Shown piece by piece: positions 19,310-27,718 of a stretch of DNA of 64,000 nucleotides; position 1 is the stretch's first letter; every line of letters starts with the position of its first letter. The notes under the pieces were generated by a model. It worked only from the letters and a program-made list of their open reading frames with translations, did not search any database and was not told where the DNA came from. The translations under genes and the position numbers were made by a program. The stretch comes from an uncultured Chloroflexia bacterium (GTDB lineage Bacteria; Chloroflexota; Limnocylindria; Limnocylindrales; CSP1-4): positions 640,001-704,000 of the forward strand of contig CAVVJT010000004.1 of NCBI GenBank assembly GCA_963748625.1, in the 5' to 3' direction.

Positions 19310-21408
19310 CCGCCACGATCCCGGCCGCCGCGCGGTTCGGCGTCCGGGAGCTGCTCCTCGCGAGCCGTCCGGTCAGCTGGATCAACACCGCGCTCCCCTA
19401 CCTCGCCGCCTCCTTCGACCAGGTTCGCGGCCTCGACGCCGCCGTGGTCCTGGGAACGCTCTATTTCCTGATCCCGTACAACCTGCTGCTGTACGGGGTG
19501 AACGACCTGTTCGACTACGAGTCGGACATCCGCAACCCGCGCAAGCAGTCGCTCGAGGGTGGCCTCGTGGCACCCGCCAACGGGAGGCTGCTGTGGCTCT
19601 CGATCCTGGCGACCAACGTGCCCTTCGTGATCGTGCTGGCCTGGCTCGGCGGGCCGGTCGCGGCGGTCGTGCTCCTGCTGACGGTCGGCGTGGCGCTCAT
19701 GTACTCAGCGCCACCGCTGCGGACCAAGGAGCGGCCATTCCTGGACTCCACCACGTCGGCCTTGCACTTCGTCCTGCCCGCGATCTGCGGGTTCCTGGTG
19801 ACCGGGCGACCGCTGGCCGACCTGCCGTGGCCGGTCCTCGCGGGGTTCATGACCTGGGGCATCGCGAGCCACGCGATCGGGGCGATCCAGGACATCGAGT
19901 ACGACCGCGCCGCAGGCATCGGGTCCATCGCCACGGCCCTCGGCGGCCGGGCAACGGCCTGGGTCTCGCTGATCGGCTATGCGGTGGCGGTGGCCATGGC
20001 GCTGACGGTCGCCTTCCCGTGGGGCGTCATCGCCGCGCTGGCCCTCGCCTCCTACCTGCTGCTGCCGCTGATGGTGCTGCTGCGCGACGACGAGCCGCAG
20101 GCACGCCGGGCCTGGCGCAGCTTCATGCAGCTGAACATCCCAGTCGGCTTCATCCTGGCCCACGAGCTGCTCCGCAGCTGGGACGTGACCAAGTACCAGC
20201 CCTGGGAGATCGTCGTGGCGGCGGCCGCCTGCGTGGCCGGCTGGACGTTCCTCAACGCGCTCCTGATCCGGTTCGCCGCGCGCCGCCGGTCCCGCGGCTC
20301 CACCGCGGACGCGCTGCCGCCGGTGACCGTGGTCATCCCGTGCCGCAACGAGGCGGCGCGCCTGCCGGCGGTGCTCGCGTCCCTGGTCGCCCAGCGCTAC
20401 CCGGGCGACCTGCTCGCGCTCGTCGTCGATGACGGGTCCACCGACGCCACGCCGCGGCTGGCCGCCGAGGGGCTCGCCACGTTCGGCGACCGTGGACGTG
20501 TTCTCGCGGCCCCGCCGGCGCCCGGCGGCTGGTCGGGCAAGGGCTGGGCGGTGACGACCGGGGTCCAGGCCGCTACCACCGACCTCGTCCTCACGCTCGA
20601 CGCAGACACGACCCTTGCGCCCGGTGCCGTGGAGACGCTCGTCCGCGAGCAGCAGGCCGCGGGTGCCGATCTCATCTCCGGCGTCACGCGCTACGCGATG
20701 CCGACCATCGGCGAGCAGGTGGCCATGCCGGGCTACCCCATGCTGTTGTTCGGCTTCCTGCCCGTCTGGGTCTCCGCGCTGCGCGGAGGGCGGCCGGCGG
20801 CGCTGGCCTTCTCGTACGGGCCGCTCACGTTGTTCCGGCGCGAGGCCTACCTCGCGACGGGTGGGCACGCCGCCACCCCCGCCACGTACCGCGAGGACGT
20901 GGATCTCGCCCGCACCTTCGCAGCGAGCGGGCGGCGGATCGCGACCGTCCATGCCGCGGATCTCGCAACGACGCGCCACTACGCCGGCAGCGCCGAGATC
21001 TGGCGCTCGTGGGCAAGGATCCTCCCCGGCTACGCCGGCTGGTCGGTGGCCGCGGTCCTCGTGCTCTTCGCGGGCGAGGCTCTGGCCTGGGTCCTGCCGC
21101 TTGCCCTGCCGGTGCTTGCCCTTGCGCTCGACCCGGCGCAGGTGCCGATCACCCTGGTACCCCTGGCCGCGCTCATCGCCGCGCGGCTCGCCCTTGCCGT
21201 CACCCAGCGCCAGCCGCTGCTGACGGTCCTCCTCCACCCGCTCACCACCATCGTCACGCTCGGTGCCCAGGTCGCCGCCCTCGGCGCCATGGTGGCCGGG
21301 CGCACGCCCGACTGGCGCGGAAGGTCCATGCCCGACCCCGCAACCCAAGCCGACACCGCCACCCAATCCGCCCCCACACCACCGCACGTCCCCGGAGCAG
21401 CCTCATGA
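19306..21408 (+). CDS. Fusion: lycopene elongase (CrtEb-like UbiA prenyltransferase) plus GT2 glycosyltransferase
   Basis: N-terminal SRPVSWINTA, YGVNDLFDYESDIRNPRK, YSAPPLRTKERPFLDS, GAIQDI..DR..GI.SIAT; C-terminal VVIPCRNE, VDDGSTD, GWSGK, LDADT, EDV. One 700-aa ORF. Confidence 0.85.
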   Translation: MTATIPAAARFGVRELLLASRPVSWINTALPYLAASFDQVRGLDAAVVLGTLYFLIPYNLLLYGVNDLFDYESDIRNPRKQSLEGGLVAPANGRLLWLSILATNVPFVIVLAWLGGPVAAVVLLLTVGVALMYSAPPLRTKERPFLDSTTSALHFVLPAICGFLVTGRPLADLPWPVLAGFMTWGIASHAIGAIQDIEYDRAAGIGSIATALGGRATAWVSLIGYAVAVAMALTVAFPWGVIAALALASYLLLPLMVLLRDDEPQARRAWRSFMQLNIPVGFILAHELLRSWDVTKYQPWEIVVAAAACVAGWTFLNALLIRFAARRRSRGSTADALPPVTVVIPCRNEAARLPAVLASLVAQRYPGDLLALVVDDGSTDATPRLAAEGLATFGDRGRVLAAPPAPGGWSGKGWAVTTGVQAATTDLVLTLDADTTLAPGAVETLVREQQAAGADLISGVTRYAMPTIGEQVAMPGYPMLLFGFLPVWVSALRGGRPAALAFSYGPLTLFRREAYLATGGHAATPATYREDVDLARTFAASGRRIATVHAADLATTRHYAGSAEIWRSWARILPGYAGWSVAAVLVLFAGEALAWVLPLALPVLALALDPAQVPITLVPLAALIAARLALAVTQRQPLLTVLLHPLTTIVTLGAQVAALGAMVAGRTPDWRGRSMPDPATQADTATQSAPTPPHVPGAAS

Positions 21409-22931
21409 CCAAGCCCATGCACGCCGTTGTCATCGGCGCCGGCCTCGGCGGACTCGCCGCCGCCATCCGCCTCCAGGCCCAGGGCCACCGCGTGACGGTG
21501 GTGGAGCGCCGTCCCCAGATCGGCGGGCGCGCGTACCAGATCAAGGACCAGGGCTACACCTGGGACATGGGCCCGAGCCTCGTCACGATGCCCTGGCTCC
21601 TCGACGAGCTGTACGCGCTCGCCGGCACCACCACCGCCCAGCAGGTCACCCTGCGCCCCTTGGATCCCTTCTACCGGATCCAGTGGTCGGACGATCCGCG
21701 GATCTTCGACTACCAGGGCTCCCGCGAGGGCATGCTGGGCGAGATCGCCAAATTCTCCCAGGCCGACGCCGCCAACTACGACGCCTTCATGATCGCGTCC
21801 AAGGCGATCCACGAGCAGGGCATCCTGGTGGCAGGGCGCACGCCGTTCCTGGATCCCCTGCCGTTCGCGAAGCTCGTGCCAACCATGCTCAAGCTGGACG
21901 CGATCCGCTCGCTGCGCGGGTTCGTGGGCAAGTACTTCACCGACCCGCGCGTCCGGATGGTCTTCGACTTCCACTCGCTGTTCATCGGTGGCGACCCGTG
22001 GCGGGTGCCCGCGATCTACACCGCCCTCTCGTACCTGCAGGTGGCCGACGGCGTCTGGTACGCGGACGGCGGCGTCTACTCCATCGTCGAGAGCCTCGGC
22101 AACCTCATCCGTTCGGGCGGCGGTGAGATCCTCACCGGGCGCCGCGTGGCGGCCATCGAGACCAGCGGCAAGCGCGTCACCGGCGTGCGTCTGGGCGACG
22201 GCGAGCGGATCGAGGCGGACCTCGTCGTGTCCAATGCGGACACCACGCTGACCCGCCGCCGGCTGCTGGAGCCCGCCATCCCGGACCGCGCGCCGTGGCA
22301 GTGGATCCGGCCGCGCCACACGATGAGCGCGTACCTGCTCTACCTGGGCACCAACCGCCAGTTCCCGCAGCTCAAGCACCACACGCTGCTCGTCGGCGAG
22401 GACTACCCGGGGTTCGTCAAGCAGGTCACCCGCAAGCGGGAGCTGCCCGACACGCTGGCGCTCTACGTCCACGCGCCATCGCGCACGGAGCGCTCGATGG
22501 CCGCCAACGACGGCGAGTCCATCTACGTCCTGCTGCCCGTGCCGAACCTGGCCTCCCATGACGACTGGGCGACGGCAGGCCCCGAGATGCGGGAGCGCGT
22601 GCTCGACTTCATGGAGCACGACTTCGGCCTGGACGGCCTGCGCGAGTCGATCGTCGTGGAGCACAGCTTCACCCCGGCCGACTTCAAGCGCGAGCTGGAG
22701 GCGCCGCTGGGCAACGCGTTCGCCATCGAACCCGTGCTCTGGCAGTCGGCGTACTTCCGCCAGCCGAACCGGGACCGGACGGTGGGCGGGCTGTACTACG
22801 TGGGCGCCGGCACCCATCCTGGTGGCGGCATCCCGGGTGTGTTCCTGGGCGCAGACGTCACCGCCGGCGTGGTGGAGGCCGACGTCGCCTCCGGCCGCCT
22901 GACGCCGCGCTCGCCGGTTCGGGGAGGGTAG
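21405..22931 (+). CDS. crtI: Phytoene desaturase
   Basis: VIGAGLGGLAAAIRL FAD motif, GGRA, DMGPS, YVGAGTHPGGGIPGV; ATGA overlap with the upstream stop. Confidence 0.95.
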   Translation: MTKPMHAVVIGAGLGGLAAAIRLQAQGHRVTVVERRPQIGGRAYQIKDQGYTWDMGPSLVTMPWLLDELYALAGTTTAQQVTLRPLDPFYRIQWSDDPRIFDYQGSREGMLGEIAKFSQADAANYDAFMIASKAIHEQGILVAGRTPFLDPLPFAKLVPTMLKLDAIRSLRGFVGKYFTDPRVRMVFDFHSLFIGGDPWRVPAIYTALSYLQVADGVWYADGGVYSIVESLGNLIRSGGGEILTGRRVAAIETSGKRVTGVRLGDGERIEADLVVSNADTTLTRRRLLEPAIPDRAPWQWIRPRHTMSAYLLYLGTNRQFPQLKHHTLLVGEDYPGFVKQVTRKRELPDTLALYVHAPSRTERSMAANDGESIYVLLPVPNLASHDDWATAGPEMRERVLDFMEHDFGLDGLRESIVVEHSFTPADFKRELEAPLGNAFAIEPVLWQSAYFRQPNRDRTVGGLYYVGAGTHPGGGIPGVFLGADVTAGVVEADVASGRLTPRSPVRGG

Positions 22932-22963
22932 GCTCTCGACCACAGGCCAGCACAGGAGGGGTC

Positions 22964-23836
22964 ATGGCGCAGGTCGAGCGGTACGACGGCGAGGCGCGGG
23001 TCGTGATGGCCCGCGTCGCCCGGACGTTCGACCTGGCCACGCGCCTGCTCCCGCCCGACGTGCGCACGGACGTGCGGCGCCTCTACCTGGTGCTCCGCAC
23101 GCTGGACGACCTGGTGGACCACGGGTCGCCCGCCGAGGCGTCGGCCCGGCTGCGCGCCGTGGAGGCATGGGCGGACGGTGAGCCTGCGACGGGCCAGGAG
23201 GCCGACCTGCTCGCCGATCTCGCCGCACGCCACGCGGGCTTTCCCCGGGACGCCGTGGCCGACTTCTGCGCCGGCATGCGCGCAGACCTCGCCGGCCCGA
23301 AGCACGCGACCGACGCCGACCTCGACCTGTACTGCTACCAGGTGGCAGGGACGGTCGGGCGCCTGATGGCGCCCCTGCTCGGCGTGGTCGTCGGGCAAGA
23401 GCCTGCCGCCGACGCTGCCGCCCGGGCGCTCGGCGCCGCGATGCAGCGGACCAACATCCTGCGCGACGTGCGCGAGGACGCGGGCAACGGCCGGGTCTAC
23501 CTGCCCGACGACCTCCTGGGCTCCGCCGGCCTGGGTCCGGGGACGGAACCGGACACCGCGGTCGCGCTCACCGAGCTGCCCGCGTGGCCGGAGTCCCGCC
23601 GGCGGGCACTGCTCGCGCCGGAGATCGCCCGCGCTGACGCCGACTACGCCAAGGGCCTGGCGGGGGTTGCCTGCCTGGTCAGCGGACGGCCAGCCATCCG
23701 CGCGGCCGGGGCCATGTACCAGGGGATCCTGCGCGAGATCGAGCGAGACCGGTACGGCGCCAGCGGGCGTCGGGCGGTGGTGCCGCGGCGGCGGAAGGCG
23801 CGGTTCATCCTGGGTGCGGCCGTGGGGCCGGGGTGA
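22964..23836 (+). CDS. crtB: Phytoene synthase
   Basis: LYLVLRTLDDLVD, GMRADL, YCYQVAGTVG, MQRTNILRDVREDA..GRVYLP. Confidence 0.93.
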   Translation: MAQVERYDGEARVVMARVARTFDLATRLLPPDVRTDVRRLYLVLRTLDDLVDHGSPAEASARLRAVEAWADGEPATGQEADLLADLAARHAGFPRDAVADFCAGMRADLAGPKHATDADLDLYCYQVAGTVGRLMAPLLGVVVGQEPAADAAARALGAAMQRTNILRDVREDAGNGRVYLPDDLLGSAGLGPGTEPDTAVALTELPAWPESRRRALLAPEIARADADYAKGLAGVACLVSGRPAIRAAGAMYQGILREIERDRYGASGRRAVVPRRRKARFILGAAVGPG

Positions 23837-24456
23837 GCATGGAGACGGACCTCGTGGCGGTCTCGGTGACGCTGCCCGACCTGCTCGTGCCCCTTCTCGC
23901 GCTCATCGCCGGCTACCTGGTCGGTTCCATCCCCGTGTCCGCGTGGATCGGGCGGCGCGCCGGCGTGGATGTCGTCACGGACGGCGAGGCAAACCCTGGC
24001 TCGGCGAACGTCTGGCGGCTGGCCGGACCCGGCTGGGGCCTGCTGGCGCTCACCGGCGACCTCGCAAAGGGGGTCATGCCGGTCGCCTGGGGCCTTGCGA
24101 CGTGGGGCTGGGGCATCGGCTGGGCGGCCGGCCTGGGGGCGCTAGTCGGGGCGTCGTGGCCGCTGTTCGGGCGCCTGCGTGGGGGGCGCGGCGTGGCCGT
24201 CTTCGCGGGGGTGGCGTTCACCCTCAGCCCGCCCGCCGGAATCCTCGCCGTGACGCTCACACTCATCGTCCTGGGTGTCGCGAGGCTGCTGGGGCGCAAC
24301 GGACGGGTGACGGCCATCGCGGTCGGGGTCGGGACGTATCCGCTCCTGTTCTACGCGGCCGAGATGTCGCTCCTGCGGCTCGCGGCGCTCATGACGCTGT
24401 ACCTGGTGGCCGTGGTGCGGTTCGCGACCACGCGCACGGACCGGGCGCAGAGCTGA
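23833..24456 (+). CDS. PlsY-like membrane acyltransferase (divergent)
   Basis: GYLVGSIP, GEANPGSANVWR, DLAKG, GGRGVA; GTGA overlap with crtB; lacks the conserved GH and C-terminal HxxN motifs. Confidence 0.75.
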   Translation: MSMETDLVAVSVTLPDLLVPLLALIAGYLVGSIPVSAWIGRRAGVDVVTDGEANPGSANVWRLAGPGWGLLALTGDLAKGVMPVAWGLATWGWGIGWAAGLGALVGASWPLFGRLRGGRGVAVFAGVAFTLSPPAGILAVTLTLIVLGVARLLGRNGRVTAIAVGVGTYPLLFYAAEMSLLRLAALMTLYLVAVVRFATTRTDRAQS

Positions 24457-24538
24457 CAGCGGTCCGGTCGGCGCCACCTGGCACTGGCGCTCACTGCGCG
24501 GCGCGCGCACGCTGACACCACGTTCGAAGGAGGACGTC

Positions 24539-24796
24539 ATGCGCAACGTCTCCTGGCACCCGGAGGGCGGCCCCGTCCCCGACTCCGCGTTCGCCGCTCA
24601 CCTGCACGGCCGTGACCTCGAGGTTCTGGCCGATCCGGTCGCTCACCGCTGGCGCTGGCGTGTGACCTCGCCACATGGCGCGGTGCTTGCCGATGGCGCA
24701 GCGCCATCGCGCGACGCGGCCGAACAGGCGGCCGAGGACGAGGCGACGGCCGTGCATCCGCCGACGCCCGAGTTGTTGGACCGCCTCCTAGGCTGA
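24539..24796 (+). CDS. Hypothetical protein (85 aa)
   Basis: AAGGAGG RBS; WRWRVT..G..LADG...SRDAAEQAAE. Confidence 0.6.
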   Translation: MRNVSWHPEGGPVPDSAFAAHLHGRDLEVLADPVAHRWRWRVTSPHGAVLADGAAPSRDAAEQAAEDEATAVHPPTPELLDRLLG

Positions 24797-24807
24797 CCGA
24801 CGCTCCC

Positions 24808-24963
24808 GGCGCGCGTCCTCCCGCGGCGCGCGTCCTCCCGTCCAGCGGGCCTGGTCCTCCCGCGGCGCGCGTCCTCCCGTCCAGCGGGCCGCGTCCTCCC
24901 GCGGCGCGCGTCCTCCCGCGGCGCGCGTCCTCCCGCGGCGCGCGTCCTCCCGTCCAGCGGGCC
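24808..24963. repeat. Composite tandem repeat (17-bp unit mixed with a ~22-bp variant)
   Basis: Core GTCCTCCCG repeated about 8 times as GGCGCGCGTCCTCCCGC or GTCCTCCCGTCCAGCGGGCC. Confidence 0.85.
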
Positions 24964-25082
24964 TTGTGTACAGGATTCCGCACAGGCGTCCCGTCCAGCG
25001 GGCAGGATGCGCCCCAGCAGCCCAGAAACGGGCAGTCCCTGCCGGCTGGCGGGCCATGTGCGCAGGATTCTGCAGACAGTGC

Positions 25083-25226
25083 CCGGCAGGCGGGAAGGGG
25101 CACGCGGGAGCCGGCAGGCGGGAAGGGGCACGCGGGAGCCGGCAGGCGGGAAGGGGCACGCGGGAGCCGGCAGGCGGGAAGGGGCACGCGGGAGCCGGCA
25201 GGCGGGAAGGGGCACGCGGGAGCCGG
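25083..25226. repeat. Perfect tandem repeat, 5 x 28 bp (VNTR)
   Basis: CCGGCAGGCGGGAAGGGGCACGCGGGAG at 25083, 25111, 25139, 25167 and 25195; no spacers. Confidence 0.95.
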
Positions 25227-25390
25227 GTCGGGCCCGAACCGACGACCCTGCACCTGCGCGCAACTCGGGCCGAACGGCACGCCGTCGTACACCGCGCGCG
25301 GCCCCTTCAGGCGACCGCGCGCATCGCTACGATGGCCCCAGAGCACGCACCCGGCCGGTGTGGCCGGAGGCCTGGCTGCGAGGAGGAGCG

Positions 25391-26779
25391 ATGCGGACGC
25401 TGATCGTCAACGGCACGGTCGTCACGGCAGACGGCTCGTATGAGGCGGACGTGCTGGTCGACGGCGAGAAGATCGTCGCGATCGGCGTCGGGCTGGCGGC
25501 GACGGCCATGGCAGGCGAGACCATCGATGCCACCGGCAAGTACGTGATCCCAGGCGGGATCGACGCCCACACGCACATGGAGCTGCCGTTTGGCGGCACA
25601 TTCGCGAAGGACACCTTCGAGACCGGCACCCGTGCGGCGGCCTTCGGCGGCACCACGACGATCGTGGACTTCGCGGTCCAGTCCAAGGGCCAGCCGCTGC
25701 GCACGGGCCTCGACGCCTGGCACGCCAAGGCCGAGGGCAACGCCGTCATCGACTACGGCTTCCACATGATCATGTCGGACGTCAACGACGACACGCTGGC
25801 CGAGATGGACCAGCTCGTCGCCGAGGGCGTGCCGGACTTCAAGCTGTTCACCGCCTACCCGGGGGTCTTCCTCTCGCCGGACGACCACATCTTCCGGGCC
25901 ATGCAGCAGACGAAGAAGAACGGCGGCATGATCCTCATGCATGCCGAGAACGGCCCGGTCATCGACATCCTGGCAGCCGAACAGGTGGCCGCCGGCATGA
26001 CCGACCCGCTGGGCCACGGCCTCGCACGCGACTCCCGTCTCGAAGGCGAGGCGACGAGCCGCATGATCCGCCTGGCCGAGGTGGCGGGCGTGCCCGTGTA
26101 CTTCGTCCACATGTCGGCCAAGGAAGCGCTCACGGCGCTCATGGAGGCCCGCAACCGGGGCGCGATGGCGTGGGCGGAGACCTGTCCCCAGTACCTGTAC
26201 CTGACGCTCGACGACCTCGGTCACGGGTTCGAGGGCGCCAAGTTCGTGTGCTCGCCGCCCCTCCGGACCCCCGACCACGCGGTGGAGCTCTGGAACGCCC
26301 TCAAGCGCGACGACCTCCAGCTGATCGGCACCGACCACTGCCCGTTCGACTTCCACGGCCAGAAGGAGATGGGCATCGGCGACTTCCGGAAGATCCCCAA
26401 CGGCCTCCCGGGCGTCGAGGAGCGCGTCGACCTGATGCACCAGGGCGTCGTGGACGGCAGGCTCACCAAGGAGCGCTGGGTCGAGATCGTGTCGACCGCG
26501 CCGGCCAGGATCTTCGGCATGCCGAACAAGGGCAGGATCGCGGTCGGAGCGGACGCGGACATCGTTGTCTATGATCCCAACCGCAAGCACGTGCTCTCGT
26601 CGTCCACCCATCACATGGACGTGGATTACAGCTGCTACGAGGGCATGGAGATCACTGGCGGCTCCGACATCGTCCTGAGCCGCGGCAAGGTCGTCGTTCG
26701 CGACGGCGAGTTCACGGGCGCCAAGGGCGATGGAAAGTTCATCAAGCGCACCACGGCAGGGTTCGTCCGGGAATCCTGA
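25391..26779 (+). CDS. hydA: Dihydropyrimidinase (D-hydantoinase)
   Basis: PGGIDAHTHMELPFGG, AAAFGGTTT, FKLF.AY, HAENG, ETCPQYL, GTDHCPF, IPNGLPGVE; GAGGAG RBS. Confidence 0.95.
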   Translation: MRTLIVNGTVVTADGSYEADVLVDGEKIVAIGVGLAATAMAGETIDATGKYVIPGGIDAHTHMELPFGGTFAKDTFETGTRAAAFGGTTTIVDFAVQSKGQPLRTGLDAWHAKAEGNAVIDYGFHMIMSDVNDDTLAEMDQLVAEGVPDFKLFTAYPGVFLSPDDHIFRAMQQTKKNGGMILMHAENGPVIDILAAEQVAAGMTDPLGHGLARDSRLEGEATSRMIRLAEVAGVPVYFVHMSAKEALTALMEARNRGAMAWAETCPQYLYLTLDDLGHGFEGAKFVCSPPLRTPDHAVELWNALKRDDLQLIGTDHCPFDFHGQKEMGIGDFRKIPNGLPGVEERVDLMHQGVVDGRLTKERWVEIVSTAPARIFGMPNKGRIAVGADADIVVYDPNRKHVLSSSTHHMDVDYSCYEGMEITGGSDIVLSRGKVVVRDGEFTGAKGDGKFIKRTTAGFVRES

Positions 26780-26806
26780 CCGGCCCCTTCCCCGCCGTCA
26801 CACACG

Positions 26807-26833
26807 CCGGCCCCGCGGTCACCGCGGGGCCGG
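26807..26833. terminator. GC-rich hairpin between convergent genes
   Basis: CCGGCCCCGCGGT-C-ACCGCGGGGCCGG. Confidence 0.6.
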
Positions 26834-26859
26834 TCCTCGTTCCGAGCCGCGGACCACGC

Positions 26860-27264
26860 TCAGGCGACGATCTCGTGCAAGGGGGACGGCAGCCCAAGGG
26901 CCAACCGGGCCTTCGCCTCGTCATCCACGCAGAACGACATCTCGGACCGGCCGGCGTGCCGTCCGACGTTGAACATGCCCGTCACGTGGATGCCGGCCGC
27001 GGCGAGCGTCTCGGCCACCTCCGCCAGCCCGCCGTGATCGTCCACGTCCACGATCAAAGGCTGGCCCTCCAGGTAGACGACCCCGAGTCCGTGGAGCACC
27101 TCGCGGCCGGCGTCCGCGTCGTCCACGGTGAAGATGCAGGCGAGGGGTCCGGCGCCCACACACGCCACCTGGTGGATCTCCACGCCGCGGGCCGCGAACG
27201 ACCGGGCGAGCGAGGCCACGCCGCCGGGGTGGCTGTCCATCTGGATCACGAACTGGCCGGACAT
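26860..27264 (-). CDS. Tandem ACT-domain protein
   Basis: FVIQMDSHPGGVASLAR and VDDHGGLAEVAETLAAAGIHV; AGGAG RBS. Confidence 0.8.
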   Translation of the reverse strand: MSGQFVIQMDSHPGGVASLARSFAARGVEIHQVACVGAGPLACIFTVDDADAGREVLHGLGVVYLEGQPLIVDVDDHGGLAEVAETLAAAGIHVTGMFNVGRHAGRSEMSFCVDDEAKARLALGLPSPLHEIVA

Positions 27265-27412
27265 CGAGGCACTCCTCTCACTGGGACACGATGCTGCCAG
27301 CCTCGCCTGCCCGTCTCCTGCCCGACAGTGCCCTTCGGGGAAACGGGCGCAGCCCGCGCGGCATAGATTCACGATGGTCCACGCACAACCCGCCGCAGCT
27401 GGAGCGCTCGCC

Positions 27413-27718
27413 ATGTTCGTCACCATCGTCCACTGCCACGTGAAGCCCGAGCACGCCGACGCCTTCGCCGATGCGTGCCATTCCAACTGCGAGGCCTCGA
27501 GCCGGGAGCCCGGCAACATCCGCTTCGACCTCCTGCGCCAGGCGGACGATCCCAATCGGTTCGTCCTCTACGAGTGGTACGTGGACGAGGCCGCGGCGAA
27601 GGCCCACAAGGACACGCCGCACTACGCGGCCTGGCGCGAGGCCACCGCAGACATGTTCGCCGAGTCCCGCTACGGCGTCCGCTACGTGGGCCTGTTCCCG
27701 GAGACGCCCGCCCAATGA
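27413..27718 (+). CDS. ABM-family protein (LsrG-like)
   Basis: MFVTIVHCHVKPE...EPGNIRFDLLR..DDPNRFVLYE.Y...AHKDTPHYAAWR. Confidence 0.85.
   Translation: MFVTIVHCHVKPEHADAFADACHSNCEASSREPGNIRFDLLRQADDPNRFVLYEWYVDEAAAKAHKDTPHYAAWREATADMFAESRYGVRYVGLFPETPAQ

Noticed and set aside
25083-25226. Possible CRISPR array (28-bp repeats)
   Set aside because: The repeats are directly adjacent with no spacers, and there are no cas genes in the window.
24537-25443. Repeat-derived ORFs on both strands
   Set aside because: Low-complexity translations of the tandem repeats; 17- and 28-bp units are not multiples of three.
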